Positions 34,194 through 46,820 are shown, numbered from the stretch's first letter. The stretch is DNA of 64,000 nucleotides from an uncultured Phycisphaerales bacterium (GCA_963844715.1 CAWJPJ010000008.1:416001-480000), one strand, 5' to 3'. Notes: generated from the letters alone by a model not told the origin. A program made the numbers and translations.

Positions 34194-35458
34194 ATGATCA
34201 CCTTTCCCTGCCGATGCGGCCATCAATTCAGCCTTCCGGACGACATGGCCGGGAAGGAGATTCAGTGCCCAAAATGCGGCCTGTTGCGCGACATTCCCAA
34301 AATGGGAGATCTCGATAACGTCGATCCCGACGGCACCTACAAAGTCTCTGAAGTCGCCCCCAATCCGCACGAACTGGACGAAACCGCCAGGCTTTTCAGC
34401 CGCAAGAAAGCCGACGCCGAAGGCCGGGAACTCGATCTTCGTTATCCGGCGCAGCCGAATCGAAAGGTCGAGGAAATTCCGCTCGCGGAAGATGAGCCGC
34501 CCGCGCACCCGCGTTACGATCCGGAAACGGGCGAATTGGTGAAGCCGATCGAGCTTGCGCCGAGCGAAGACCCGGTGAATCCCGCGCTGGTGCCGATGGC
34601 GCGGCCGATGTTGCACTACGCCACCGGCGAAAACGCCCGCCCTTCGATTCATATCCTGGCGCCCTGCGCCTGCTTTTTGATCCCGTGAACGTCGTCACAA
34701 TGTTCTTCGTGCTCCTCGTGCACGCGGCGGCTCTGGAGGTCTTGGCGTTTCCGTTGCCGCAGCTTGGGCTTTTGTTTCTTCCGATCGCCCTGGGCGCCGT
34801 ATTTCTGTCGGCGGCGCACTTCGCAAATGTGATCGAGGAAACCGGGCCGGAGGATCGCGACGAATTGCCGCGATTCTTGCGCGATTTAAATTTCGCGGAG
34901 GACATCTGGCTTCCCTTCTCGCGCTTCGCGCTGGCGGTGATCTATTGTTTTTTGCCCGCGCTGATCGTCGTGCGATTGCCGCTGCCGCTCGGAATCGCTG
35001 AGCCGTTCGCCCTGGCGCTGGCGGCGCTGGGAACTTTTATTTTTCCCGCCGTTCTGCTCACCAGCGCAACCAGCGGAACCGTGCTGAATTTGCGCCCCGA
35101 TCGCCCGTGGCGAATGATCGGAATCCTCGGCGTAAGATATTTTCTGCTCGTCGCGGTATTCATCGCCACTTTGATGGTTTACCTCGTCGGCATGATCGGC
35201 GTGTCGCGATTGGCAATAAAAGGATTTCCCCGATTTCTCACCGATTGGCCGCAGAATTATCTCCTGCTCATCGCCGGAATTTATCTCGTCCATTATTTTT
35301 GCTGGACGCTCGGATTAATCTGGCGCGGCTGGCACAAGGAATTTCCGTGGGTTCTGCAATATTATCACGCGCCGCCGCCGGTGCTTCCGTCGGGGCCGCC
35401 GGGGGTTACGGCTGGGCCGGGCGCTGATCGTAGCTATACAGATTATCGTCCCGGGTGA
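34194..35458 (+). CDS. Zn-ribbon plus polytopic membrane hypothetical protein; probable frameshift near 34680
   Basis: CRCG...CPKCG N-terminus followed by hydrophobic ORF 34685-35458. Confidence 0.65.
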
Positions 35459-35942
35459 GGTATTGTCCGTCGGGGCCGGCGCTGAAGAAGAACCACCCCT
35501 TGGTGTCCATGCCGACGGCGGGGTGCATGTGCGCCATGAAGACGATGGGGCTCCCCCAGGCGTCGCGGACATAGACCTGATCATAATTGGCCACCGAAAG
35601 ATCGCTCACGCGGCCGTTGAGCAGGCCCTGGGAATTCAACAGGCGGACGAAGGAGCGATTGTTGACCATGGCGGCTCCCTCGAGGGCGGTTTCGGAGGGG
35701 AGCGGGCGCGAGTTGTCGATGAAGGGGGAGATGGCCTGAAGAGAATCGTTGTTGAGCTGCATGTAAATTGCCATCGCCTGATCCAGGCGGTGCAGGATGT
35801 CCTTGGTGAGTTGATCGGAAGCGCTCAGGCGGACGTGACGGGCGAGGCTGACCATCAGGCCGAGAAGGATGATGAGCACCGCGACGGTGGTCATCATCTC
35901 GACGAGTGTGAATCCCGCCCGACGGCGGGCGGGCTCTAGCAT
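35406..35942 (-). CDS. Prepilin-type N-methylation domain protein
   Basis: GFTLVEMM cleavage motif, DAWGSP, SAGPDG. Confidence 0.85.
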   Translation of the reverse strand: MLEPARRRAGFTLVEMMTTVAVLIILLGLMVSLARHVRLSASDQLTKDILHRLDQAMAIYMQLNNDSLQAISPFIDNSRPLPSETALEGAAMVNNRSFVRLLNSQGLLNGRVSDLSVANYDQVYVRDAWGSPIVFMAHMHPAVGMDTKGWFFFSAGPDGQYLTRDDNLYSYDQRPAQP

Positions 35943-35946
35943 GGGA

Positions 35947-37239
35947 TCAGTGGTGGGTTGGCGCGGAGACGGCCTGGATCAGGCTCACCATCGGCATGAA
36001 CAGGGCGACGACGATGAATCCGACGATCACGCCGAGGACGACGACCATGATCGGCTCAAGAATGCTGATCAGCGAGCCGACCAGCACGTCCACGTCGCTG
36101 TCGTAGTTGTCGGCGACTTTCATGAGCATCTTGTCCAGGTCGCCGGTCTCTTCGCCGACGTCGATCATGTTGACGACGATGGCGTCGCACACCTTGGTGG
36201 CGCGGAGGGGATCGGCCATCGATTCGCCTTCGCGGATGGCGTCGTGCACCTTGGTCAGGGCGCGGGCTGTAGACTTCGTTGCCGCAGGTTTCCTTGGTGA
36301 TGTTGATGGCGTCGAGAATCGGCACGCCGGCGCTGATGAGCGTGCCCAGCGTTCGGGTGAAGCGGGCGATGGCGGTCTTGCCGAGAATGTCGCCCATGAT
36401 GGGGATTTTCAGCAAGATCTTGGTCAATGACGCATTTGCCGCCCTCGCTCATGCGGATCAGCTTGATCAGCGAGGACGATGGCGATAGGCGAAAACGAGG
36501 ACATACGCCCAGCCATATTCGGGGCCGAACCAGTAGCTCATCGCCATGAGGAGCTTGGTGGGCGGCGGAAGTTCGGCGTGGAAGTCCTTGAAGATGCCCT
36601 CGAACTTGGGGATCACGAAGATCATGATCATGGAGACGACGCCGACGGCGATGCGTGATGACGACGGCGGGATAGATCATGGCGCCGATGACTTTTTTCT
36701 TGAGCTTGGCGGCTTTTTCCATGAAGTCGGCCAGACGGGCGAGGATCAGGTCGAGCACGCCGCCCGCTTCGCCGGCGTTGATCATGTTGACGTAGAGCTT
36801 GTCGAAGGCCTTGGGGTATTTGCGCCATGGCGTCGGAGAGGGTTCCGCCGCCTTCGACTTCGTCGCCGACGCCGCCGACGATCGCCTTGAGCAAGCCGGG
36901 CTTCTGCTGCTGCTCGAGAATCTGGAGGCTGCGAAGGATGGGCAGGCCGGCGTCCTGAAGGGTGGAGAGCTGGCGGGTGAAGGTGACGAGCTGCTTGCGG
37001 GGCACGCCGCCGATGGAGATCGGCATCTTCCGTTTCTTTGGAGCCACGGACTCCACGGCGGCGGCACTGGCGGCGCCCTTTTTCTTGCCCTGCTTCTTGG
37101 CGGACTTTTCCTTGACCTTGGTGGGGAAGTAGCCCTTGCCGCGGATTTTGGCGATCGCCTCTTCGCTGCTGGCGGCCTCGACCTCGTCCTTGACCTCCTG
37201 GCCGGAGGAATTCATCGCTTCATAGGCAAACAGGGGCAT
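35947..37239 (-). CDS. pilC: Type II secretion F / PilC platform protein; frameshifted
   Basis: [41 protein letters not shown]. Confidence 0.9.
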
Positions 37240-37342
37240 GGGGCTTCTCCATGGATTACGACTTTGTTGGAATTATACGCCGTGTCTAGGCCGGCGTGTA
37301 ATCCTTTGCAAGGACGTATTAACCAGCCGGACCTTTCATCGT

Positions 37343-38128
37343 TCATGGGTTGAAAATCTCGCCAAAAAAGGCCCGCATGGCGGCCCAGGAGCGATGATCG
37401 GCCGAGGCATTGTACGCGATGTTGGGGATATTGAATTTATCGGCATCGGGGTTGGTAAAGGCGTGATGGGCGCCGCCATAGACGTTGACCTCCCAATCGA
37501 CGCCTCCTTTGCGCATTTCGTCCTCGAAAGCCGCGACTTGTGCAGGCGGGACGAACGCATCGTCGCCGCCGGTGCAGACGAGGACCTTGCCCTTGATGTT
37601 TTTGGCGTCGTCGGGGCGGGTGGTTTTGAGTACGCCGTGGAAGACCACGACGCCGGACAGATCGGCGCCGCTGCGCGCGAGTTCCAGGGCGACGGAACCG
37701 CCGAAGCAATAACCGATGGCGGCGATGTGTTTGAGATCGACGCGCGATTCATTTTTAAGTTGATCGAGCGCCGCGGAGGCGCGAGCGCGCATGAGATCGG
37801 GGTCATTATAAAAGCGGCTGGAGAGTTGTTGGGCTTGATTGGGATCCTGGGTGACGACGCCTTTGCCGTACATATCGGCGGCGAACGCCACATACCCCAA
37901 TTTAGCAAGCTGCTGGGCTCGGCTCTTGGCATAATCGTTGAGACCCCACCATTCGGGAAAGATTACCACGCCGGGGCGAACGTCCCGGAATGAATTGTCG
38001 TAGACGATAAAGCCTTCTAATTGGTCTCCGCCCTGAGAGTAATCAACCGGTTGAATGACGATGTCCCCGAAAGCCGATATTGAGGCGGCAGATACGAAGA
38101 ATCAAATCGGAAAAATTGTCCAACGCAT
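37343..38128 (-). CDS. Dienelactone hydrolase-family protein with signal peptide; in-frame TGA at codon 9
   Basis: PEWWGLND, AIGYCFGG, HAFTNP; frame extends upstream to MRWTIFPI. Confidence 0.85.
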
Positions 38129-38184
38129 GTTTTCCTCGCTTTACGGGTGTCTAATAATTGAAAAGAACATTGAGCCGAAGTAAT

Positions 38185-39343
38185 ATGAGTGAACCAACCT
38201 TCCGCGGGCATAATTTGAGCAGTTCGATTGCCGCCGCCAACATCGCGACCCCAATCGTTCGACGTCGCGCACGTGATGAGCGGCTCGATTTCTGGCGTGG
38301 GCTGTGTCTGATCGACATGGTCCTTGTCCACTTGTACTACCAGAAGGTGCAATTCGGCGCCGTTCTGGGGAACATCGTCGGGAGTTATACCCGTTTCGCG
38401 GCCGGGGGATTCATATTTATTTCGGGGATGAGCATCGGCATGATTTTTCTGCCGCGCGCTCAGGATCCCGAACGCCGCATGGACACCTACATCGGGCTGT
38501 GGCGGCGAGCGCTATACATTTTGGGAATCCAATATATCAACGCCCTGGGGCAAATGCTGCTGGCGGAATGGGAGGGCAACGGCGGGGTGTATTACAGCGT
38601 CTGGCACGTGCTGCGCAATGTTTTGTTTATGCGCGAGGGGGGCGATCTACTGCCGTTCTACATCATCATGATTGCGCTCTCGCCGTTCCTGCTGGAACTG
38701 CTGCGGCGCAAATGGGGATGGGCGGTTATCGCGTCGGCCAGTTTGACGGCGTTCATTTACGGATTGAGTCATCCGTGGGCATTATCACTGGCGGCGGCAC
38801 AGAATTTCCCGCCGATTCTCTGGCAGGCGATCTTCGTGTGCGGGATCATTTTTGCCTCGATATTCAGAAAATATGATGGTCTGGCAACGCGATGGAAGAT
38901 CGCGGCGGCGGGAGTCGCATGGAGCGCTCTGCGGTTTTGTTCTACGCGGAATACGCTTCAAGCTTTGGCCTGCCGTTCCTGAATCTTCACATGAGCTTCG
39001 TCAAAGTGCCGCTCTCGCTGGGCGAAGCGCTCCGATACCTGACGATGATCTTCGGCATCATCGTGGTAACGGACATGATGTGGCGGCGGTTGCTGGCGTC
39101 TTCGCCGTTCGCGGAATTCGTTCAGACGCTGGGCGCAAGAGCCTGGCGGTTTATGTCTGCCATCTGTGGGTGGTTGAAGGCGTGGCGCTGCTGGCGTCAT
39201 ACTGGTGGTGGATGGGAGCATGGCAGATCGTGTTGTCGGTGGCGGCGGTGCTCTTCCTGTGGTTCTTCGCCCTCCTGCTGGATTTGCGCACGGCCCCCGC
39301 GCGTGTGCGGCCGCAGGGCTTTGCGGTTGCGGGCAATAATTAA
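38185..39343 (+). CDS. OpgC-domain membrane protein; frameshifted
   Basis: RDERLDFWRGL, FIFISG, DLLPFY, GRKSLAVYVCH. Confidence 0.75.
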
Positions 39344-39365
39344 GCTGCCGCTATAATCATCCAAG

Positions 39366-40360
39366 ATGCAAGTTCTGCACGGATTAGAGGGCCTCTCCCA
39401 CGTCCCGCGGCGCGCCGTGGCGTCGGTCGGGAATTTCGACGGCGTCCATCTGGGGCATCAGCATATCCTGCGGACCGCGCAGACGTTTGGCGGATGAGAC
39501 GGAATCCCGCGCAGGTGGTGATTACCTTTGAGCCGCATCCGAGCACGGTTTTGCGTCCCGATCGCGCGCCGCCGCGGCTGACGCCGCCGGCACTGAAGAA
39601 TCCCCTCATCGAACAATTGGGCGCGGATTTTCTGGTGGTTCTGGCGCCGGAGCCGCAGGTGCTGAATTTGTCGGCCGAGGAATTCTGGCTGCTCTTGCGC
39701 GATCAGGTCCAGGTCTCGCATCTCGTCGAGGGTTCGAGTTTTCATTTTGGAAAGGGCGCGGCGGGGAACGTGGAGACTTTGGCCAAATGGTCGGTCGGGT
39801 CGTCGCTGACGCTTCACGTGGTGGAATCCGTGGAGGTTCCGCTGATGGATATGCGGTTGGTGGCGGTGCATAGTTCGCTGATTCGCTTTTTGTTGGATTT
39901 CGGGCGGGTTCGGGATGCGGCGATTTGTTTGGGGCGGCCGTACGTGCTGGCGGGGACGGTGGGGCACGGCGCGGCGCGCGGCAGGACGATCGGCATTCGC
40001 ACGGCGAATTTGCAGATCGAGGGGCAGATGTTGCCGGCTCTTGCCGTGTATGCGGGACGGTGCCGGATCGACGGGCGCGTTTATCCGGCGGCTGTGAATA
40101 TCGGGGCGACGCCGACATTTGGCCAGACCCAAACGCAAGTCGAGGCGCACGTAATCGGGTTCGAGGGAGATTTATATGGACGGCGGATTGAACTGGAACT
40201 GGTCGATTGGCTGCGGGACCAATACAAATTCGCCAATGGCGAGGCCCTAAGGGCACAAATCGGGCGGGATATCGTCCGATGCCTGGAATTGGCGCCTCGC
40301 GACCCGACCCGGCCAATCGCCCACGTGCCGCAGGTGACACTGGCGGGTCATACCCCGTAG
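39366..40360 (+). CDS. ribF: Riboflavin kinase / FAD synthetase; frameshifted
   Basis: GNFDGVHLGH, TFEPHP, RGRTIG.TAN, NIG.PTF, VEAH. Confidence 0.92.
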
Positions 40361-40370
40361 AATCCCTCCT

Positions 40371-41287
40371 ATGAGCATGGTCCCAATGCCCCCGGAGTTT
40401 CCGTTTCTGGACGTCCCCATGCTCCTGGAGACCAGCGAGCCTATGCCTCGGTGGGGCGGGTGGCGGCTGGCAGGGGCGGGGGTGCTCGGGGCGGCGGTTC
40501 TGGCGTGGTATTTCCTGAGCCAATCCTTCAGCGGGTCGGGGTCTGATCCGTCTCTGTCACTCTTGCTCAGCGTGGTGATGGCGACCCTGGTCGGCGGTTG
40601 GGTTTTTAATGGGCTCATGACGACCCGGGAGTACCGGCGGCAGCAGGAGCAATTGGAAACGATCCAGGAGCTGATCCAACTTCGCCGGTGGGCGGAAGCG
40701 GCGCTGGGCGTGCAGAATTTTCTATCGAGCCCGGCCCGGTCTGCCGGGGCGCGCGGGCAGGGGCTGCTTTTCCTGGCGATGGTGCTGCGCGGTACCACCG
40801 GTTCGACGACTCAATCATGGTTTACGATCGCATTCTGGACGAATTGGCCCTGGACGACGCGGCGGCGCATTCGGTGAAGCTTGGGCGCGCGATGTCATTG
40901 CTTCGGGCCGAGAATCTTTTGGACGCCGACCGCGCCATTGCGGAATTGCGGCGCGATATGCGGCAAGGGGCGGCTCCCAGCGAACTGGCGGCTCTGGCGC
41001 TGGTCGAGATGTACCGTGACGTGAAGACCGGGCATCCCACGGAGGCGATCGAGACGTTCAATCTCCGGTTTGCCGACGTACGCCGCACGTTGGGGCATCG
41101 GGTCGCCGACGCATGGGCGCTGGTTGCGCGGGCGTACGACATGCAGCAAAGGAACTCCGAAGCGGAATCAGCCTATCGCAATGCGACGCTGCTGGCACCG
41201 CTTTCGGAACTGGTCCGGCGGTATCCGGAAGTGGGGGCGATGAAGGATCGGCTGTCCGCGGCCGTCGCGCCGACGGAGGTGCGGTGA
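40371..41287 (+). CDS. Two-TM plus helical-repeat hypothetical protein; one frameshift
   Basis: ORFs 40371-40877 and 40688-41287 join into one product. Confidence 0.6.
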
Positions 41288-41289
41288 CC

Positions 41290-42093
41290 ATGCTTCCGGT
41301 TGACCTGGCTATTTCTCGATTCCGGCGCGATCTTGCCGTGTCGCGGTTTCTGCGCGTCGCGCTCCTGACGGCGGCGGGATTTTGCATTCTGGGCGGGCCG
41401 CTGTTTGGCACGCATGGAAATGAAATGATCCCGCTGGTGGCAATTGGCGCAATCTGGATGCTGCTGAGTTACCGGAGCATGCTTGGAACGCGAATGGCGG
41501 CGGATTCACCGTCGCTTATCGCCGCGGGGGAATATGAGCGGGCCGAATCCCATATCGATGCGGCTTTGCGCACGTTTTCCCTGTTTCGAACCGCCAAGCT
41601 GCTGGGGCTGCATCACTTGGCCCTGCTGCGGCATGCGCAAAGGCGGTGGCGCGAATCGACGCTATTGTGCCAGGCGTTATTGGCCCAGGGGGGTTCGCCG
41701 GGGCTGGCGCGGTCGACGCTGCTGATGATGGCCGACTCGATGCTCCAATTAAACGATTTATCCGGGGCGTTTGCGGCTTTGGGGGAACTTTGCCGGCAGC
41801 GCCTGAGCCTCCATGAGGCGTTGGCGCTGCAGCTTTTGCAACTTGATTACGGCTGGCGCGTTGGGGCTTGGGAGCCCATGTTGTCGGGTGTGGGGGCCAA
41901 GGTGCAGATGGCGGAATTGATGCCTTCGCTGAATGCCGCCCGCGGCCAGGCATATCTCGCGGTGGCGGCGTTGAAAACGGGACGTCGGGATTTGGCGTTG
42001 TGGCTGCGGGCGCGGGCGGAATTGCTCGCGGATTTGCCCGAGATCACAGCCGACCGCCCGGCGCTGCGGGACTTGTTTGCACAGCCATGGTAG
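41290..42093 (+). CDS. Two-TM plus helical-repeat hypothetical protein
   Basis: Tightly coupled to previous gene; two hydrophobic helices then Ala/Leu-rich helices. Confidence 0.6.
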   Translation: MLPVDLAISRFRRDLAVSRFLRVALLTAAGFCILGGPLFGTHGNEMIPLVAIGAIWMLLSYRSMLGTRMAADSPSLIAAGEYERAESHIDAALRTFSLFRTAKLLGLHHLALLRHAQRRWRESTLLCQALLAQGGSPGLARSTLLMMADSMLQLNDLSGAFAALGELCRQRLSLHEALALQLLQLDYGWRVGAWEPMLSGVGAKVQMAELMPSLNAARGQAYLAVAALKTGRRDLALWLRARAELLADLPEITADRPALRDLFAQPW

Positions 42094-42169
42094 CTCCACG
42101 ACGCGCCGGCCCCTTGCCTGAAAGAGAAGCCTGGCGACAATCGGATTGACTTTACATTAGAGGAACCAA

Positions 42170-44673
42170 ATGAAGCGACGACTGGCGCTGTTGGCGATGA
42201 TTCTGTCGGGTTTGTGCGCTGCGCGGGCCATGGCGGACGATGCGCCCGTAACGCCGGCGTCTACGGACCCGAACGGATCGGTGGCCCTGGCACAGCGCAT
42301 GGAGGCATTTGCCCACCAGATGCTGCGGACGGCTGACGTACCGCCGCAGGCGTGGAATCAGAGCGCCGATCTCCTCAAGGCGGCGGTGAAACTTGACCCC
42401 GCCGAACCGCGCTATGCCCGTTTGCTGGCCGACGATCTGTTGACGTTGGACGATTCCGCCGGCGCCGTCCAGGTCCTTAAAAATTACACGACCAATCTCA
42501 ATACCGACGATCAATACGCGCAAATCCAGTTGCTGGATCTCTATCTGGCGCAGATGCAAAGCGCGGATCAGAAGATCGCGTACCTGCGGAACGTGATCGA
42601 TAAAGACGCGCTCCCCGCGGAAGTTCGCAGCGCCGCGGCCGTGCGGTGCGCCGAACTCCTGGCGGCGCGGCTTCAGACGGATGAAGCGGTCAAAATGCTT
42701 GGCGATGCGCTGTCGCTGGACCATCTCAACTCCGCGGCGATGCGCGCCAAGTACGATCTGACGTCGGCGACGGCGTCGCGCCTGAACCGGGTGCAGCAGT
42801 TGCTGAACCTGCTGATGGCCTGCCCGTCCGATCCGGGGGTGGCGGCGCGGCTTGCCCATCAACTGGCGGATGCGGCGCTGGTGAACTCCTCGATCGAGCT
42901 TTACGGCTATGCCAACAGTCTCTACTCGCTGAGCGGAGTGCGTCCGGACGCGGATTTTGCGATGGGGGCGACGTCGGAGCTGGTTTTGGCCGATCGCGGG
43001 GACGATGCGACGGCGCTGATTTCACAATATGTCCAGGCGGTGCCGAGTGACGTCGACGGGTGGCTGCTGCGGGCGACGGTGGCGAAGTATCTGGCGGATC
43101 AAAACCCGGTGGACAAGTCGATCCAGGCGGCATCGGTGGATGCGCTGCGGCAGACGTCGATCGCGCTAACCAATTGCCTGTTGAAGATTCGCAACCGCGC
43201 GGCGGGGGACACGACGGCGACGACTCAGCCGATGGAATCGGACGCGGCGGCGCCGCTGCCGGATTTATCCGGCGATGCGAGTTTGCTGGAGCGGTCGGGG
43301 CGGCCGGAGTTGGCGGATCGATATGTCGCGGCGGCGGCGGCGCTGGCCTGGTACGACCTCTATTTCGCTCATGACGCCGCCGGCGCTGATCCTTTGCTTA
43401 ACGAGTTGGGAACGCTTTTGGGGGCGCAGGATCCGCTGGTCGCGCGATTACAAGGCTGGCGCCAATATGTGGGGGGCGACCCGGTGGCGGCTTCCACGAA
43501 GCTGGTGGCGGTGCAGGGAACGGATCCGCTGGCGGCGCTGGGGCTGGTGCTGATCGACCTGGCCGATCCGCACAAGCACGGCGAAGCGATAGTGAGCGGG
43601 AAACGGCTTCTGGCGGGTCATCCGTCGGGGCTGATCGGGGCGACCATTTTCGGGCGCTGAAGAAGTACGATGTGACGCTGGAGGCGCCGCCTTCCACGGA
43701 ATCGATCACCGAGGCGATGAGTTCGTTTCCAAACGATTTCCTTCAGATCGTTTCTCATCCGCAGTCTTTTTACATCATTCACGCGGAGCCGACGGAATTT
43801 ACGTTCGATTACGGGCAGCCGGTCCTGGTGCGCGTGACCATCGAAAACATCGGGCAATATGATCTGGCGATCGGGCCTGATGCGGCGCTGCATTCCGATT
43901 TGTGGGGAGACGCGACGCTTCGAGGCCTGGAATCGAAGACGTTCGCCGGGGCGGCGTTCGACCGGTTCGGGCAGCGGCTGGTGCTGCCTGTGGGGCAGAC
44001 GGTTTCGACGATCATGCGCGTGGATGACGGGGAGATGTACAACCTGTTCCGCGACGAGCCGCGGATCGGGCTGACGATCAACATGGGGATCATAACCAAC
44101 CCGGCGGCGGTATCGTCCGCCGGCGCCGGACAGCCGGCGCTGGGCAGGCCGGGACCATGCGGGTATGGCGTTCAACTTTCGCGGATGATTTTGCGCTCAT
44201 CGGTGAGCATCGAAACGGGCGATGAGCGGGAGGCGCTGCTCAATAAGCTCCACGACGGCGACGGAGGTGAGAAGATTCGGGTGCTGGACATTCTAACCAA
44301 CGCGGTGCAGATGATGAGGCGTGATAACACGCCGGGTTCGGGGCCGATCATCGATAAGTTCGTGGCGCACATTAAGCAGGCTACGACGGACGACATGCCG
44401 TCGGTTGCCGCCTGGGCACGTTTCTCGCTGATGCTGCTGACAACGGGGGATGATCAGGCTGCCGTGATGACGCAGATGCGGCAGGATACGGCGCACTGGC
44501 AAAGCCGCCTGCTGGCGATGGTGGGGCAGTCGATCACGGGCGGGAACGAAGCGGTTCCATCGCAGTTATCCGGCGATCCGGACCCGATTGTGAAGGATTT
44601 TGCGATCCAGGCGTCGCAACGGCTTGGGGGGTCTTCGGCGCCGACAACCGAGCCGGCGTCGGCGTCCCCATAA
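42170..44673 (+). CDS. Large secreted helical-repeat hypothetical protein; one frameshift
   Basis: Signal peptide MKRRLALLAMILSGLCAARAMA; ORFs 42170-43660 and 43672-44673. Confidence 0.65.
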
Positions 44674-44756
44674 TTGACTCTGTCCGCCGCGTACCATAAA
44701 TCTCTATAAGACTCGAGCGCTGAACCGACAGCGCGGGCGAGTCATGGAGCCTATCT

Positions 44757-45557
44757 TTGACCGCCCCTTTGTTTCCAACACCGGATCCGCGGAAACAGCC
44801 TCGGGTGGGGTTCGTGCAAGATTTCCGGCGATTTTTCGTTCGCGGGCTCGCCGCGGTCCTGCCGACGCTGGTCACCATCTGGCTCCTGCTGTGGGCCTGG
44901 GATTTTCTTTGGGAGAATATCGGCCGGCAGATCATCATTTTTATCCGCCAGGCCTGGTACGCGGCGGGGAACCGCGGGTGGATTCCGTTCCAGACGCCGC
45001 AATATATTCTCAGCCATCTCGACGAAAACTCCTTCGGGACGCGCGCCCTGGGCGTGGTCTTGTCGATCGTATTCATCTACATCGTCGGGGTATTCGTGGG
45101 GAATCTGATCGGGCGCACGGCGTGGGCGCTCGTGGAACGGGGTCTCTTGCGCATTCCGCTGGTTCGGGCGATTTATCCGGCTGTGAAGCAAATTACCGAT
45201 TTCGTCCTGGCGGATCATTCGCGGCAATTCAGCGGCAGCCGGGTCGTGGCGGTGCAGCCGCACGAGCAGAATATCTGGTCGATTGGTCTGGTAACCAGCG
45301 CCGGGCCGTGGAAGCTGGCGGAGGCGGATCCGGAGGAGATGGTGACGGTTTTTGTGCCGTCGACGCCGACAAGTTTTAGCGGATATGTTCTGGTGGTGCC
45401 CCGTAAACGGGTGGTGGAATTGCCGATGACAGTGGAAGAGGCGTTTCGACTGCTGGTCAGCGGCGGGGTGATCGCGCCCGAGGCGGAAAAGCTGCTGGGG
45501 CATGAGATGCCGCCCGCGTCGCCGGGCAGACATGACGCGGTGGCCCCGGTGCGTTAA
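44757..45557 (+). CDS. DUF502 membrane protein
   Basis: RIPLVRAIY..VKQ, VFVPSTP, MTVEEA...SGG. Confidence 0.88.
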   Translation: MTAPLFPTPDPRKQPRVGFVQDFRRFFVRGLAAVLPTLVTIWLLLWAWDFLWENIGRQIIIFIRQAWYAAGNRGWIPFQTPQYILSHLDENSFGTRALGVVLSIVFIYIVGVFVGNLIGRTAWALVERGLLRIPLVRAIYPAVKQITDFVLADHSRQFSGSRVVAVQPHEQNIWSIGLVTSAGPWKLAEADPEEMVTVFVPSTPTSFSGYVLVVPRKRVVELPMTVEEAFRLLVSGGVIAPEAEKLLGHEMPPASPGRHDAVAPVR

Positions 45558-45653
45558 GCTTTGCATCGTCGGCGCGGCCTTGCGCGACGATTTGCGGTAC
45601 AATGAAATACCGATTGGATCCGGGCCGCCGGTCCCATCTTGAAGGAGGTTTGC

Positions 45654-45986
45654 GTGCTGCTTGTCGTTTCGTCGCGTCATTTGGAAGTAACAGGGCCACT
45701 CAAGACTTACGCGGAACAGAAGGCGTCGAAACTGACGCGGTATTTTGACCGGATTCAGGAGATTGAAGTCATCTTCGACACCGCCAAGCAGAAGGCCAGG
45801 GTGGAGATGATCGTCCACGCGGAGCATCGGGCCCGTTTTGTGGCGACGTTCGCGCACGAGGACGCATACGCCTGCGTGGACGGGTGCATGGACAAGCTCG
45901 AGCGGCAGTTGTCGGAACACAAGAAGAAATATCGGAATCGCAAACACGCGTCCACGGACAAGCGCCAAATGCGGCGCACGGGATAA
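45654..45986 (+). CDS. hpf: Ribosome hibernation promoting factor (HPF/RaiA)
   Basis: RHLEVT.LK.YA, DAYACVD..DKLERQL; AAGGAGG RBS. Confidence 0.9.
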   Translation: MLLVVSSRHLEVTGPLKTYAEQKASKLTRYFDRIQEIEVIFDTAKQKARVEMIVHAEHRARFVATFAHEDAYACVDGCMDKLERQLSEHKKKYRNRKHASTDKRQMRRTG

Positions 45987-46022
45987 GGAATTTGGATCGC
46001 CGATCGAAAGGTTGCAGTGACC

Positions 46023-46490
46023 ATGAAGTTGAAGGAATTCATCGCGACCGAGGCCATCGTTCCCAGCCTCCAGGCGTCGGATCGCGACGGGGCTCTGAGG
46101 GAACTGGTCGAGGCGCTGACGGCGGCGGGATCGCTGCCGGCGGCGGCGGTCGAGGAAGTGATCGCGGCGCTGATCAAGCGCGAACAGAACGGCTCGACGG
46201 GGTTCGGCAAGGGTGTGGCGGTCCCGCACGTGAAGCATGCGAAAGTGAAGCAGATGTCCGGCACGATCGGACGAAGCGCCGCCGGAATCGACTTTGCGGC
46301 GCTGGATCATCAGCCGGTTTACACCGTGGTGTTGCTTCTTTCCCCCGAGAATCAGCCGCAGCAGCATCTCCAGGCGATGAATATCGTCTTCAGCAATCTT
46401 CAAAAGGACATGTTCCGCCGGTTTTTGCGACAGGCCTCAACCCGCGAAGCGATCGTGGACCTGATCGACGAAGCCGATCAGGGGAAATAA
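46023..46490 (+). CDS. ptsN: PTS EIIA, Ntr/fructose type
   Basis: REQNGSTGFGKGVAVPH, GIDFAALD. Confidence 0.88.
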   Translation: MKLKEFIATEAIVPSLQASDRDGALRELVEALTAAGSLPAAAVEEVIAALIKREQNGSTGFGKGVAVPHVKHAKVKQMSGTIGRSAAGIDFAALDHQPVYTVVLLLSPENQPQQHLQAMNIVFSNLQKDMFRRFLRQASTREAIVDLIDEADQGK

Positions 46491-46534
46491 TCCGCCGCCG
46501 CAGCTCTCGAGCGCGGCTGAATAACCCGGCGTCC

Positions 46535-46816
46535 ATGGCGACCATCTGGCGAGACATCATCGTGCAAAATTCTCTTGGACTGCACGCGCGGCCCGCGATG
46601 GCGTTTGTCGATATGGCGAATCAATTCAATTCCAAGGTCACCGTCATCAAGGGCGGCGACGAACCCTATGAAGCGGACGGCAAAAGCGTCATGCAGATGA
46701 TCATCCTTGCAGCCACGCAAGGTACGCCCCTGCGGATCAGCGCCGAAGGCGAAGACGCGGAGGCGGCCGTCGCAAGTCTTGCTAAACTATTCGAAGACAA
46801 GTTCGGCGAAGAATGA
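46535..46816 (+). CDS. ptsH: HPr phosphocarrier
   Basis: NSLGLHARPA and ADGKSVM motifs. Confidence 0.92.
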   Translation: MATIWRDIIVQNSLGLHARPAMAFVDMANQFNSKVTVIKGGDEPYEADGKSVMQMIILAATQGTPLRISAEGEDAEAAVASLAKLFEDKFGEE

Positions 46817-46820
46817 AGAG

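Noticed and set aside
38102..38128. In-frame TGA as selenocysteine or recoding
   Set aside because: It falls in a signal peptide, TGA is a normal stop elsewhere in the window, and the error rate is high.
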